Source: Isurus oxyrinchus (taxonomy: Eukaryota). From it: a stretch of DNA of 64,000 nucleotides. A program made the translations under genes and the position numbers. Shown here piece after piece: positions 27,445-39,846 of this stretch. The stretch's first letter is position 1. Each line of letters starts with the position of its first letter. The stretch spans positions 209,250,001-209,314,000 of the forward strand of contig JANJGN010000002.1 in NCBI GenBank assembly GCA_026770705.1, given 5' to 3'. Under the pieces are notes generated by a model. It had not been told where the DNA came from and did not search any database. It saw nothing but the letters and a program-made list of their open reading frames with translations.

Positions 27445-27990
27445 TTGCTGAAAAAAGAGACATGTCGAGACTTTTCATCTTGCAATGATCAGGACATTTG
27501 CAGGAAAACCAAACGTAAAGGGAACAACAATTTATACATCATGAGAAGAGAGTGCTGATTGGTAGAAGCGTTGCCATGGAGAATGCACCAATTAACTGAT
27601 GACTGACAAGGGCAAGATATCTCAAAAATTTGAGCAACAGGAAATGCTAGCGGTTTCATGCTGCGGCAGCAACATGAGTGGTGTTCGCCATTAACAGGAC
27701 ACTGCTATCAAGCTAAAAAGACATTCTGCCTATCACACAAATGAGTAATGTGATGTATGAATCTCAGTGCCGGTGTGATGCTAGGTATGCATGTCCCTTC
27801 GGCTGTTCACAACAGGCAAGGTACTGACTGTACCTAAACAGCCCATGCTTACAAAACTCAAAACAGTGTCCAACATTAGGTGTGATTCCGCAATTGGACA
27901 ACATTTGCTAAACAATCCCACGTGTTCTAAGAATTATACTGACAACCAATTTAAGATCATCAATCCAGCTTGCAGTGTTGCACATATGTG
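27445..27990 (+). mobile_element. Second, older Penelope-like family fragment (inverted pLTR plus GIY-YIG endonuclease remnant)
   Basis: KDILPITQMSNVMYESQCRCDARY and DSAIGQHLLNNPTCSKNYTDNQFKII. Inverted decayed hammerhead-like motif at 27464-27495. Confidence 0.75.
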
Positions 27991-29417
27991 TCCATGGGCT
28001 AACCAGGCAACTAGCTAGGAGGGAAAAGAATAAGAAAATAAAGATTACTTACAATGCTATTTTCTGGTCTTAAGACTCATTAACCTGTCGAGAAATTGGT
28101 CAAATTCATGTTTATCTTAAATGTCTACCTGGAGAAAGCTGGCAACTCCAAGCCATCCTTATGTTATTTCTATGCTGACTTTATTACTTTCTGTATAATA
28201 CTAAACAATATTGCAGTCAAAGCACGATGGTCACTACAGTTTTAAACAAGCCATATGCAAGTGTAGTAAGGGAGCTGTGCAGTGCATTGACAGGAATAGC
28301 TATTCCATCTCGATGTAGGTTGTCACCAACAAGTTATTATACCATTGCTTGCCCAACATTGAGGTGAGAGCACTTTGCCACCCCTGCAATGAACAAATAC
28401 TGTTCCAATTCAATCTGACTCATTCCTAGGTTATATCAGATCAGATGCAAGAACATAACAATTTCACAACAAACTGGTTTCTTCCAATCGAGCTGATCAC
28501 TACTAATAAGTCTTGATAATCTCATTCTGATAAAATATTGAACAAAGAAATGTATTATTTTCCATCTTTTTGTTTTAACCTGTCCTGGAATGAAAAAATT
28601 GAGGGTCATTTTGAATGTTATTAAGCCATCTATAAAAACAGAGTGGAATTCAGTGTGTCTGAATTAAACGAGATTTGCAGTGACAATTTCTATGGCAACA
28701 GGCTTACTGCTGCCCTGGAGAAATCATTAAAATTGAAACAGGAGTGGGGAGGTGGTGAGAGAAACAGTTGGAGAAATTTAATTCTTTCATGACAATGATT
28801 TCTCAGGACTTCAACTACAACATTAATTAACAGAAGGCCAATGATTTCTGATCAACAAACACCTTTAAGTCAATAACTTATTTTTGATAGAAACAAATAC
28901 CTTTATTCAATCTGAATCTTATGGTCACTAAATGAGCATGTATGTCATTCCAAGAGCTAAATTGGGGAAAACAAACTCATCAAAGCAAATAATCACACAG
29001 TGCTCGCTAGCTGTGAACAGAATTTCATAATTAATTTATTAAGAAAATAATCAGTGCAAAATAGAAGCAAGTGACTCATTTCTCAGTCACTAAACAAACC
29101 TAAGGTAAGTTGGTTCATGTGATCCGTTCCTCAACACTTTTCTGCAGACAGCAGCAGAATTCATTAACCCTTTGAAGTACTATGTTGTCAGGTGAAACAC
29201 ATCCACGTTTTTTTTAAATAAATCAATCAAAACTCAAGCTCCCAATCTAGCTAATGTACAAGGACAGCATTGTCACAAACCAACCACACAAAAAACAACC
29301 ATTTTTAAATTTGCTAGAGCCAAATAACTGGATCACAAAGAACAAAATGGACACATTTTCAACTGTACCCTGAATAATTATTCCCTGAATAATAGATATA
29401 TTGTATTTTTCTTTTAT

Positions 29418-29805
29418 TTGGAGGTATAGTGGTTATGTTACTGAGCTAGTAATCCAGAGGCCTGGACTGATGATCTGGAGACATAATTAATTAATTCTGG
29501 AATAAAAAGTTGTATCAGTAATGATGACCATGACACCATTTATCATAAAAAGAAACCTATCTGGTTCACTAATGTTCTTTTGGGAAGAAATCTGCCCATT
29601 TTACCCCGTCTGACCTGTATCAGAGTCCAGGTCCACAATAACATGGTTGCCTCTTAACTGTCCTCTGAAATGGCCTAGTATGCCATTTTTCCTAGTATTC
29701 ATCTTAGTATGTATTCAAAGCAGCAACTCACCACTACTTTCTCAAGGGCAATTGGATGGGCAAAAAATGTTGACCTTTTCAGTGACCCTACATCCCATAA
29801 ATGTT
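29418..29805 (+). mobile_element. tRNA-headed SINE with LINE-like tail
   Basis: GGTATAGTGGTTATGTTACTG head, shared body GGTTCACTAATG...CTCTGAAATGGCCTAG, and tail TCAAGGGCAATT. Confidence 0.8.
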
Positions 29806-30044
29806 TAATAATATTCCAGTACAAAAATGTTTCTTTCTGTAAAAGGAAGAGAATTTTCAAATTGAATTTTCGATTCCATTTTTAGCCTTTTGTCAAGTTT
29901 GAGCATCTCATCCCAATGAGCTCGAACTAGAATATTTCCAAAGTGTGAAAGACAATCAGCATAATCCCACATTGCTGCAGATTTTTCATTAAAAAAGAGT
30001 ACTTTTGCAATGGTGTAAAATGCATTTACAGTACACAGCTATAC

Positions 30045-30092
30045 CTCTTCTTCCTCGCTTGATAGCCGCTGGTATTCTGACTGGTCGTTCAT
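30045..30092 (-). CDS. Candidate first coding exon of an unidentified host gene (MNDQSEYQRLSSEEEE, phase-0 donor)
   Basis: ATG with purine at -3, 16 codons, then GAG|GTATAG donor. CpG-containing codons, embedded in several kb of repeat-poor sequence. No homology check was possible. Confidence 0.5.
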
Positions 30093-33000
30093 ATCTGAAT
30101 GATTTATTTCAGTCCTTCACAATGACATGAGAAAATGTAGCTGTTTTCAAGGATGCTGCATTAAAATGCATTGCTCACTTTCTTGCTGTCCTCCACCTCC
30201 CTTCTTCCCTTTGGGTCGCTTTCTCTGTACTGCAATTGTAAATCCCCAAATGTTTTGCATAACATTTACTGACACAGCGACACAAACACACACTGTATAT
30301 ATGTGCTTCTCTCCCACACGCACAACCTCTCAGGCTGCATCAGCTGCTTTTAAACCATTCAGCTTCTGCTTTACTGGTTTAGAGATGCTGCATTAAAAAC
30401 ACATGATCACGCCTTCTGTCTATCCTTCCTATTGTCGCTCTCACACACAACGTAGATACTCTCACTACATATTCCTGTACTATTGTCTCTCTTTGTCAAT
30501 GGCTCAACAGATCCGTTCTCTCTTTTTTGATCATTCATTGCATATTTATTGCCTACGCCTTTTCGATTCTCTATATCTAATTTTTGTTTCAGCTAGTATG
30601 CATTTCTGTGACTGGTTCTGACCTTTGCGAAACAGCTGTGTGACTGTATGCCATACACTAGGACATGGACAAATACACAGACTGCAGTGTCGCTCCGTGC
30701 TGAGTACTGCCTAGCTCACAGGGAAAATTACTATGCTTCATTAATGACTTGGTTGGACGCAGGAAAAAGGGAAAAGAGGCCATCCCATTGTACACAGCAG
30801 TAACACCGATTCAATCAGAGCTTATTAAAACAGAAAAAGACACTGTTTACAGTTGGAACTGCTAAAACAGCCATTCTTTTAGAATTGTGAATTTCTTCAA
30901 TGCCACTTGTGTCTGTTTATGGCTTCCCGGTCAGCAACTGAAAACCGGCTCCCAATGTTTATAGCGCTATTCTGGGTTCTTTAACCTAGCAGCATAATTG
31001 TTAACACAAGAAAAGTGCTAATGCCATCTTGGACAATATAGAATCGCTAAACATCTTGGCACTTTTCAAGTATTTCACTGGTTCAATTACCTTGGCTAGA
31101 TGATAAGATAAAGTGAACTCAAAACTTAATACTCCTGCAACATCTTGTGCTTTGACAGTATCGTCACCCATCATCTTATCAAAACTACACTATCAAAGTC
31201 CACGTACACAGGAAAAAAACTCAAGTCCCTAGCATTATCGTGGCAATCACCTTTTTTGGTTTTGCAACAAGACGTTTGAAATCAGGATTCGTTCTGTGCA
31301 ATTATTCCATTGAAAACCAATAATCTTATGAAAATAAATCAACCAAAAAAACGATAGGCTTTTTCTCTCCTCTTATCAACCTTTGGGATTATCAGATGAA
31401 TGCACTGGAGCAGAAATCCTAGCCAACTATACATGCCAGATTCAAAATAATCCTCTCGGTTTACATACACTGTGAATTCTTTTAAAAAAACAAAGCTTTT
31501 CCAAATTTGAGGAGTGTTTCTAATAGGTTTAATTTCAGAAAATCAAGACAGCCTGCTGCAACATTAGATCGATTAAAGCTTACATTTTACACTTAAATAT
31601 TGCCAGTTTAGTCAGGGGTTGCAGTTCAAAACGTCCAATACATGTTATGCAACGATGCACAAATGTCCACTGTGAAGGAGAGATTTTGGACAAGGCAGAA
31701 TCAACTGTAGTTACAATCCATGCATTTATATCATAGACGAATTTACATTGAGAAAGTTGTGTACCATACAGGTGGCAGTCTCAGTTCACCCTTCCATGCT
31801 CCTGAAAAAACCTCATTTGAATGTGAAACACAATTGGAAGAACTTTCTTGAAACACTGCCATGTTTTCATTTTTGATAACTTTTCCAGCTGCCTGCATGC
31901 TATCACGGAGTGGGTGAATCAATGAATTGCTTCCAGACAATGCCAATACGGGCAGCAAACATGCACAACAGTAGTTAAGCAGAGATGCTCCTGGAGATTC
32001 TTTTCACCATTTGCAAGGTGATGCCTCACTTTTGATCAATACCTGCATATGAATGTGCTCTGTGGCATTATGCACTGATGCTCAGGTCCTATTGGATTAC
32101 TCCGCCTTTCTGAAGTTTTTATTCAGCCCGTTTCTGCCAGATATAAACCCATCTTGGAGCCCATCTGTTTTGCCGCACAGGTTTTGGATGAGTATAACAT
32201 AATAACCCAATCAGCAATACCTGCTTTACATGTGCTTCATTCAGACCATTTAGACAGCTGTAAAACATCACTGACAAAAAAAAATACAGCAATTAATAGC
32301 TCAGCAGGGCTGAAGAAAGAATCCTGCTCCAACCTAAATCTCGCCCTGTACCAATAAACAAAGATTAGCCACAATCACATGGTTTTAACAGATTCTGAAA
32401 TTGAAGTCCTCCTTCCATTTCATACTTCAACTCAAACACCTGCAAGTGCCCCACAGCTGCATTGTAAAGGGGGCTTTTAGTAGCTCTGAGCATCAACATT
32501 TAATCCTGGGTTGTGTGCCAACAGAAACACAAAGTCCCTAAAGGCAGTCAGCACTGAAATGCATCTGCAGGATGCATTCTGGAGGTTAATAGGGTGACAC
32601 AGTCAGTCACCAAACACAACAGCAAAAATGTCATAGGCTGAAAGAAAAAAAATCAATGCATATAATCTTGGCTTAACTCCTGGAAGAACACATTAAACCA
32701 AACATTCTGATTGAGCATGCGGAGGCTGTTCTGAGAACTACAGGCAGATATTTTTATTTTATGTCATTATACATGTAAAAATACACACATATTCACTTCA
32801 CTTTATTCCCCTCACTAGCCTAATGAGGTGCTGCTATTAAAGCTGTGCTGGTGGTTACCATGTGCTGATGGTTTATTTGAGTGTATCTCAAATCTATATT
32901 TAGGTCTGTGTCAGCTGTAGAGTATTGTTTTCAAAACTAAATATAGGTTAATGTCAAAGGGTTTGTGATGAATAGAAGTATGTTTTTGCTTAAATAGCAA

Positions 33001-33887
33001 ACTTTTCTTACCTGTAAAACATGGTATAGTAAAATCCTAACAGGTATCCCTGCAGTTACCGAGACAATTAACGCATGTAAAATCTTAAGCACATATTCCT
33101 ACGCACAACCACAGACTCCTAAGAAAATATCTGCTCTCTGTGTTAACAGTATGCTCGCACATACTCATATTAGCCCCCTTGATCTTTTTTACAATTGCTA
33201 GTACCCATTTTATCTACAAAATATGAAGAGATTTATTGCAAGCAACATAAACAACAGGGTGTCAGCTCACATTGGCAATGTGTACTGCCTTATGCAGTTG
33301 CATAGCCAGACTGCCGAGACGACAGTCAGCTCAAAATGAGTAAAAATCAATTAGCACTTCCTGAAAAGACTTGCCCTGTACAGCTGTGCATGTTGGTGTG
33401 TTAGTGGCTCCTCACTATTCTATCCTTCAGTTTCCACACAGACAGAAAGCAGCCACTTACACAGTGTAAAGGGACAGACTTTTGCTATATTTTATAAAAG
33501 TTGGCACCCAAAATTGCCAGGACAAAGAGCTTGTCTATGTAGTACAATATGTTGAACATTTTATTAATGTCACAAAGGAAAAGGGTAAATAATATAAAGT
33601 GTTTCAAAAAACAAATATAATTAGGAGAATAAAACAATAAAAATGGCATAAAATATTTAATATTTTAAACTTGGCATGTGGGACATGTATTTCATTGACA
33701 ATTCATTTTAAGCACCTGTTACTCCTGTATGTCTACCATAATAGATATTTTCAATGCTCACAGTGTCACAACATGTAACACACAATAGCTACTATCTTAG
33801 AGTGCCAGTATACCACCCTGCAGTTGCACTGACCACCAGATATGGTGAGCTGTGAAAGGAAAGTGGGAGTGGGGGATGCCTGTTGAA

Positions 33888-34165
33888 GAACATAAGAATG
33901 TGAGTAGGCCATTTAACACTTCAAGCCTGTTCTGCCATTCAATTAAATCATAGCTGACCTGTAACACCATTTACCTATATTTAACACATACATCTGGATA
34001 CCCTTTGATAAAAGCAAAATACTGCCGATGCTGGAAATCTCTCTCCACAGGTGCTGCTGGACCTGCTGAGTTTTTCCAGCATTTTCTGTTTTTATTATCC
34101 CTGGATACCCGTACCTGATTTTAAAAAGTCTATCGATCTCAGCCTTGAAAATTTCAATTGACATT
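33888..34165 (-). mobile_element. CR1 3' end interrupted by a mini PLE
   Basis: GTAGGCCATTTAACACTTCAAGCCTGTTCTGCCATTCAAT tail and IEIFKAEIDR ORF2 end. Confidence 0.7.
34004..34100 (+). mobile_element. About 100-bp mini PLE-tail insertion without ribozyme
   Basis: Inverted stub GATAAAAGCAAAATACTGCCGATGCTGGAAATCT plus direct tail. Flanking repeat CTGGATACCC at 33994-34003 and 34101-34110. Confidence 0.7.
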
Positions 34166-34437
34166 GCATCCAGTTTTGGAGGTCATCTTAATTCATCTAT
34201 TTAGGAAAAAAAACTTCCCCCCCATGGCTTAGCAATAATTAAATGATTCCAGGATTTTACTTCCAATATCCCATCTAAATATCTATTCCAAGTGTGAAGA
34301 ACTTCTGATCATTAGGTGCATGTTTCTCTTTAGATAAAAACAAAAAAACTGCGGATGCTGGAAATCCAAAACAAAAACAAAAACAGAATTACCTGGAAAA
34401 ACTCAGCAGGTCTGGCAGCATCGGCGGAGAAGAAAAG

Positions 34438-34476
34438 AGTTGACGTTTCGAGTCCTCATGACCCTTCGACAGAACT
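34438..34476 (-). ncRNA. Minimal hammerhead ribozyme-like motif
   Basis: Reverse complement reads AGTT-CTGTCGA-A-GGGTC-ATGAG-GACTC-GAAAC-GTC-AACT. Confidence 0.75.
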
Positions 34477-34780
34477 TGAGTTCGAGTCCAAGAAAGAGTT
34501 GAAATATAAGCTGGTTTAAGGTGTGTGTGTGGGGGGCGGAGAGAGAGAGAGAGAGAAGTGGAGTGGAGTGGGGGTGTGGTTGTAGGGACAAACAAGCAGT
34601 GATAGAAGCAGATCATCAAAAGATGTCAACAACAATAGAACAAAAGAACACATAGGTGTTAAAGTTAAAGTTGGTGATATTATCTAAACGAATGTGCTAA
34701 TTAAGAATGGATGGTAGGGCACTCAAGGTACAGCTCTAGTGGGGGAGGGGAGAGCATAAAAGATGTAAAAAAATTTTTAT

Positions 34781-37215
34781 ATGAACACATAGGAACACAC
34801 TCGACCTCTCCCTCCAGCAGCACCGCCGTACCCTTTTTCAAAGTTGCACATGCCCCCAGTTTCATTTTATCCTTCGGCTCATCCGACGCCTCAACAAGAA
34901 ACTTTTTCTCTTTCTCTCAACTGCTAAGGAACGCAAGCTCCAACAACTCATCGACACCAACACCCATCTAGGACCCTCCACCCCGGCCTGTCAACTCCGT
35001 CCCCACCCCATCTTCCAATCCCAACCCCAGCCGTGCATTCACTATACCCCCTGACCTTCCCCTCTCCGATGCTGAACGTTCAGTGCTCAGCAAAGGACTT
35101 AGTTTCATACCCTTACGCCCTCACCTCAATGAATTTCGGGCTCGGCATGATGCTGAACTCTTCTTCCGCCGTCTTCGTCTCCGGGCTCACTTCTTTGGGC
35201 AGGAGTCCTCTCCCAGTTCAACGGATCCTTTTACCCATCTCCAATATTCTCCCTCCACCTGGAACCCTCCCTCTGGATTCTTAACTTCTCTTGATCTTTT
35301 CATTGAGAACTACCGGCACGACATTAGTCATCTCAATTTCTCTGCTCCTCTCACCCAATCTAACTTGTCTCTCTCTGAACTTACTGCACTCCATTCTCTC
35401 AGGTCCAACCCTGACATTGTCATCAAACCCGCTGACAAGGGTGCTGTTGTTGTCTGGTGCACTGACCTCTACCTCGCGGAGGCTGAGCGTCAACTCGCAG
35501 ACACTTCCTCCTACCTCTCCCTGGACCATGACCCCACCACTGAACATCAAGCCATTGTTTCCAGGACTGTCACTGACCTCTGAGGATCTCTCTCTCATAG
35601 CTTCCAACCTGACAGTCGCTCAACCTCGGACGGCCCGCTTCTATCTCCTACCCAAAATCCACAAACAGAACTGCCCCGGTAGACCGATCGTCTCAGCTTG
35701 CTCCTGCCCCACAGAACTCATTTCTCGTTATCTTGACTCCCTTCTCTCTCCCCTTGTCCAGTCCCTTCCCACCTACATCCGTGATTCCTCTGACACCTTA
35801 CGTCACATCAACAATTTCCAGTTCCCTGGCCCCAACCGCTTCCTCTTCACCATGGACGTCCAATCCCTCTACACCTCCATCCCCCACCAGGATGGTCTGA
35901 GGGCCCTTAGCTTCTTCCTCGAACAGAGGCCCGAACAATCCCCATCCACCACTACTCTCCTCCGTCTGGCTGAACTTGTTCTCACGCTGAACAATTTCTC
36001 CTTCAACTCCTCTCACTTCCTCCAAATGAAAGGTGTGGCTATGGGTACCCGCATGGACCCCAGCTATGCCTGTCTCTTTATGGGGTATGTGGAACATTCC
36101 TTGTTCCAGTCCTACTCCGGCCCCCTTCTCAACTCTTTTTCCGGCACATCGATGATTACTTCGGTGCCGCTTCATGCTCTCGTCGGGACTTGGAAAAATT
36201 TATTAATTTTGCTTCCAATCTCCACCCCTCCATCATTTTCCCATGGTCCATCTCTGACACTTCCCTTCCCTTCCTTGACCTCTCTGTCTCAATCTCTGGT
36301 GATAGACTGTCCACCAATTTACATTACAAACCCACCGACTCCCACAGCTAGCTCGACTACAGCTCCTCACACCCCGCTTCCTGTAAGGACTCCATCCCAT
36401 TCTCTCAGTTCCTTCGCCTCCGTCCCATCTGTTCCGATGATGCTACCTTCAAAAACAGTTCCTCTGACATGTCCTCCTTCTTCCTTAACCGAGGTTTTCC
36501 ACCCACGGTCGTTGACAGGGCCCTCAACCGTGTCCGGCCCATCTCCCGCGCATCTGCCCTCACGCCTTCTCCTCCCTCCCAGAAACATGATAGGGTCCCC
36601 CTTGTCCTCACTTATCACCCCACCAGCCTCCGCATTCAAAGGATCATCCTCCGCCATTTCCGCCAACTCCAGCATGATGCCACCACCAAACACATCTTCC
36701 CTTCACCCCCCTTATCGGCATTCCGTAGGGATCGCTCCCTCCGGGACACCCTGGTCCACTCCTCCATCACCCCCTACTCCTCAACCCCCTCCTATGGCAC
36801 CACCCCATGCCCACGCAAAAGATGTAACACCTGCCCCTTCACTTCCTCTCTCCTCACCGTCCAAGGGCCCAAACACTCCTTTCAAGTGAAGCAGCATTTC
36901 ACTTGCATTTCCCCCAACTTAGTCTACTGCATTCGTTGCTCCCAATGTGGTCTCCTCTACATTGGAGAGACCAAACGTAAACTGGGCGACCGCTTTGCAG
37001 AACACCTGCGGTCTGTCCGCAAGAATGACCCAAACCTCCCTGTCGCTTGCCATTTCAACACTCCACCCTGCTTGCTTGCCCACATGTCTGTCCTTGGCTT
37101 ACTGCATTGTTCCAGTGAAGCCCAACGCAAACTGGAGGAACAACACCTCATCTTCCGACTAGGCACCTTACAGCCTTCCGGTCTGAATATTGAATTCAAT
37201 AACTTTAGGTCGTGA
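34781..37215 (+). pseudogene. PLE reverse transcriptase / GIY-YIG endonuclease ORF, disrupted
   Basis: LSKGLSF, IKPADKG, FYLLPKIHK..PGRPIVS, MDVQSLYT, GVAMGT, FRHIDD (YIDD variant), Cys linker PCPRKRCNTC, and LVYCIRCSQCGLLYIGETKR..RFAEH. Frameshifts near 35580 and 36125, and a stop near 36350. Confidence 0.95.
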
Positions 37216-37607
37216 GCTCCCTCCCCCATCCCCACCCCCTTTCTGTTTCCCCCTTTTTTCCCCCTTTTTTTTCCTATAAATTTTATAGATTTTTCTTTTC
37301 CCACCTATTTCCATTATTTTTAAATATTTTAAAATCTTTTATGCTCCCCCCACCCCCACTAGAGCTGTACCTTGAGTGCCCTACCATCCATTCTTAATTA
37401 GCACATTCGTTTAGATAATATCACCAACTTTAATTTTAACACCTATGTGTTCTATTGTACCATTGTCACTGACATCTTTTGATGATCTGCTTCTATCACT
37501 GCTTGTTTGTCTACACAAGCACCTCTGTCTCTCTCTCTCTCTCCGCCCCCCCCACACACACACCTTAAAGCAGCTTATATTTCAACTCTTTCTTGGACTC
37601 GAAATCA

Positions 37608-37646
37608 AGTTCTGTCGAAGGGTCATGAGGACTCGAAACGTCAACT
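37608..37646 (+). ncRNA. Minimal hammerhead ribozyme-like motif
   Basis: AGTT-CTGTCGA-A-GGGTC-ATGAG-GACTC-GAAAC-GTC-AACT in the 3' pLTR. Confidence 0.75.
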
Positions 37647-38959
37647 CTTTTCTTCTCCGCCGATGCTGCCAGACCTGCTGAGTTTTTCCAGGTAATTCTG
37701 TTTTTGCATGTTTCTCTTTCACCATTTTGAACGTGTGCCTTCTTGTTACACCACCAAAATTGTGTCCGTTATATTATTCTAGATTTAACTTTTACATGTC
37801 ACTTACTATCCTATACAGTTCTGAGGCTCTTTGCTAGTCATCTCTTTTCAAGACCCAAGGATTCTTCAGCATTCAATTTGTTAAGTTTATTGCTTCTCCA
37901 CTGATTAAATGGGACATATTAAATGGCAGGTCTCCAAACATTCCTAGATCTCCAAGATAAATTTGGATCTTCTTAAATGAAATGTGCCTTTCTTGTAAGA
38001 AATTCCTGGCAGCACTAGGATTGTTATATATTTGTGTGAATGCAAGTACCATGGCGTTTTTGATAATGGATCATGTCTGTGTAATATGCCCATACAAACA
38101 GCAGATGGTGTGTTTATACTTTACAGGGCAAATACGAAGTGAATGGTTTTGATTAATTCCCCAGATGGGTGACACACAAACCAAAGACAGACAGAGAAAT
38201 AAAAAAGCCATAGACCTCACACACAAACGTACTACTGCTAATGTAGGTAAACACAAACTAACCACTGTGATAACAGATACCTCATTTTCTGCATTTTTTA
38301 TCATTAAGGCTGCTTCTTTTTAAATCACATGACATCACTTCAAAGACTGCCCCACTGCTACTACTACATGTATATTTAGATTTCAAAATACACTCTCCAT
38401 TAATGGCTAGTGCCACATCAAAGTTTGATGCTTGAACAATAACTTGCACTAATGTAGGGCCTCTCCTGTTAAAAAAAATAACCACAAGGGAGAGAAGGGG
38501 TGTAAAGGGAAGACAGAAAATTGAAGGGAAGGTACAGCCAAAAATAGATTTTTAAAAGACTTTTGAAAGAAGATGAATGAGCAGTAAGGTCAGTAGTTTT
38601 GGAAGGCAATCCTAAAGAGCATCAGCATAGTAACTGGAAGATCAGCTTCTGATGTGGAAGTGAAGGAATTGGGGAGTTAGGGACCGGAGAGTATAGGCTG
38701 GTAGATATAATTGCAGAATTCAGTATGAGTGCAACAAAGCCATGGTGGATTCTGAAAACATGAATGAGGACTTTAACATCAATTGTTTGAGACATCCAAT
38801 AATGTGAGGTACCAGAGGGAACAGTACACTTGTGAAACAGTACTCTAAAGTATAACTTGGAGCTGCCATTCACTAAGATGAAACAGTGTTCTAGAAAATG
38901 GGAGTCAAACTTTAATATGTGAGCCACATACTGCCCTTGATCCCTAGAAATTAGATCAT

Positions 38960-39200
38960 ACAGGCCAGGAATGTCTCAGTTTAGATCCATAATCCATGCT
39001 GGGTTAGCTAAATCAAACTGGAACAGCAGACAACAGGAGGAGGAGGATTGACCTCAGCATCCCTAGGCTAGGGAGGGACCATAGACCTGATCACCGTCAA
39101 GCATCTACTACTGGAATAACGTATGTGTTGACATGAGCTAAGTGCACACTTGGCTGTGATGGCCAATTGCTTGAATAATCCATTGTTGACTCTCGATATG
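38960..39200 (+). mobile_element. Ancient SINE-like remnant, family uncertain
   Basis: GCTGGGTTAGCT...CCTCAGCATCCCTAGGCTAGGGAGGG...GGCTGTGATG resembles an old vertebrate SINE body, from memory. Confidence 0.35.
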
Positions 39201-39738
39201 TGTGCAGATATGTAAGTTTGAGAGCCAAAGTACTGGTCGTTAGAAAAGCGGATCTAGAAACACTGTTTTGTACTTCTGAAATTCAGAACAATTTATTCCT
39301 CAAGTAAAATTCCAGAATAGCCATTCATTCCCACCATTCAGTTTTGGCCTATAACATTTTCACACTGGGCATTTTCTTGGACCCAGCAGTACAGTAATCA
39401 TCACATTTCAAGGAACCTTTGCGGCAACATGCAAATAAATATTCAAAAAAATTCTGATTAAGTATGAATTGGACACGATTGTTAGCTTATTCAATAGAAA
39501 ATTATTCACGGTATCTGAACAGCCTGTCCTGCTAACTTGCCCTGGCAGGAAAGCCCATTCTAGCAAACTGCTTTGTGTTGTGTTTGACAACTTCTTACTG
39601 TCTCAACATTGAAGCAATCTGCAAAATTAATCTAAATTGATTGACCCATCTTATATATACTAGCCACCATCCAATCTAAATTTCTAATTGGTTATGTACA
39701 GTACACTTTGTGTTATGCAGCACCCTACCAACGAGAAT

Positions 39739-39846
39739 CAAGTTCTGTCGAAGGGTCATGAGGACTCGAAACGTCAACTCTTTTCTTCTCCGCCGATGCT
39801 GCCAGACCTGCTGAGTTTTTCCATGTAATTCTGTTTTTGTTTTGTT
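39739..39846 (+). mobile_element. Solo PLE pLTR end beginning at the hammerhead-like motif (39741-39779)
   Basis: Nearly identical to the end of 37606-37704. Possible 6-bp TSD GAGAAT (39733-39738 and 39847-39852). Confidence 0.88.

Larger units (their letters stand above)
34332..37704 (+). mobile_element. Near-full-length Penelope-like retroelement (Neptune-like) with inverted 5' pLTR
   Basis: Inverted arm 34332 to about 34780, RT+GIY-YIG coding region, 3' pLTR 37216-37704. 15-bp TSD TGCATGTTTCTCTTT at 34317-34331 and 37705-37719. Confidence 0.96.

Noticed and set aside
31743-31958. Possible second minus-strand exon (MQAAGKVIKNEN...)
   Set aside because: Weak donor (GG|GTGAAC), no recognisable homology, and length within chance expectation.
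33005-33050. Strong minus-strand donor-like sites (also near 58005-58012)
   Set aside because: No supporting acceptor or reading frame. Such motifs are frequent by chance.
35291-36889. 532-aa ORF as an intact RT gene
   Set aside because: Only about 35582-36125 is in the RT frame. The rest is an alternative frame kept open by the C-rich composition.
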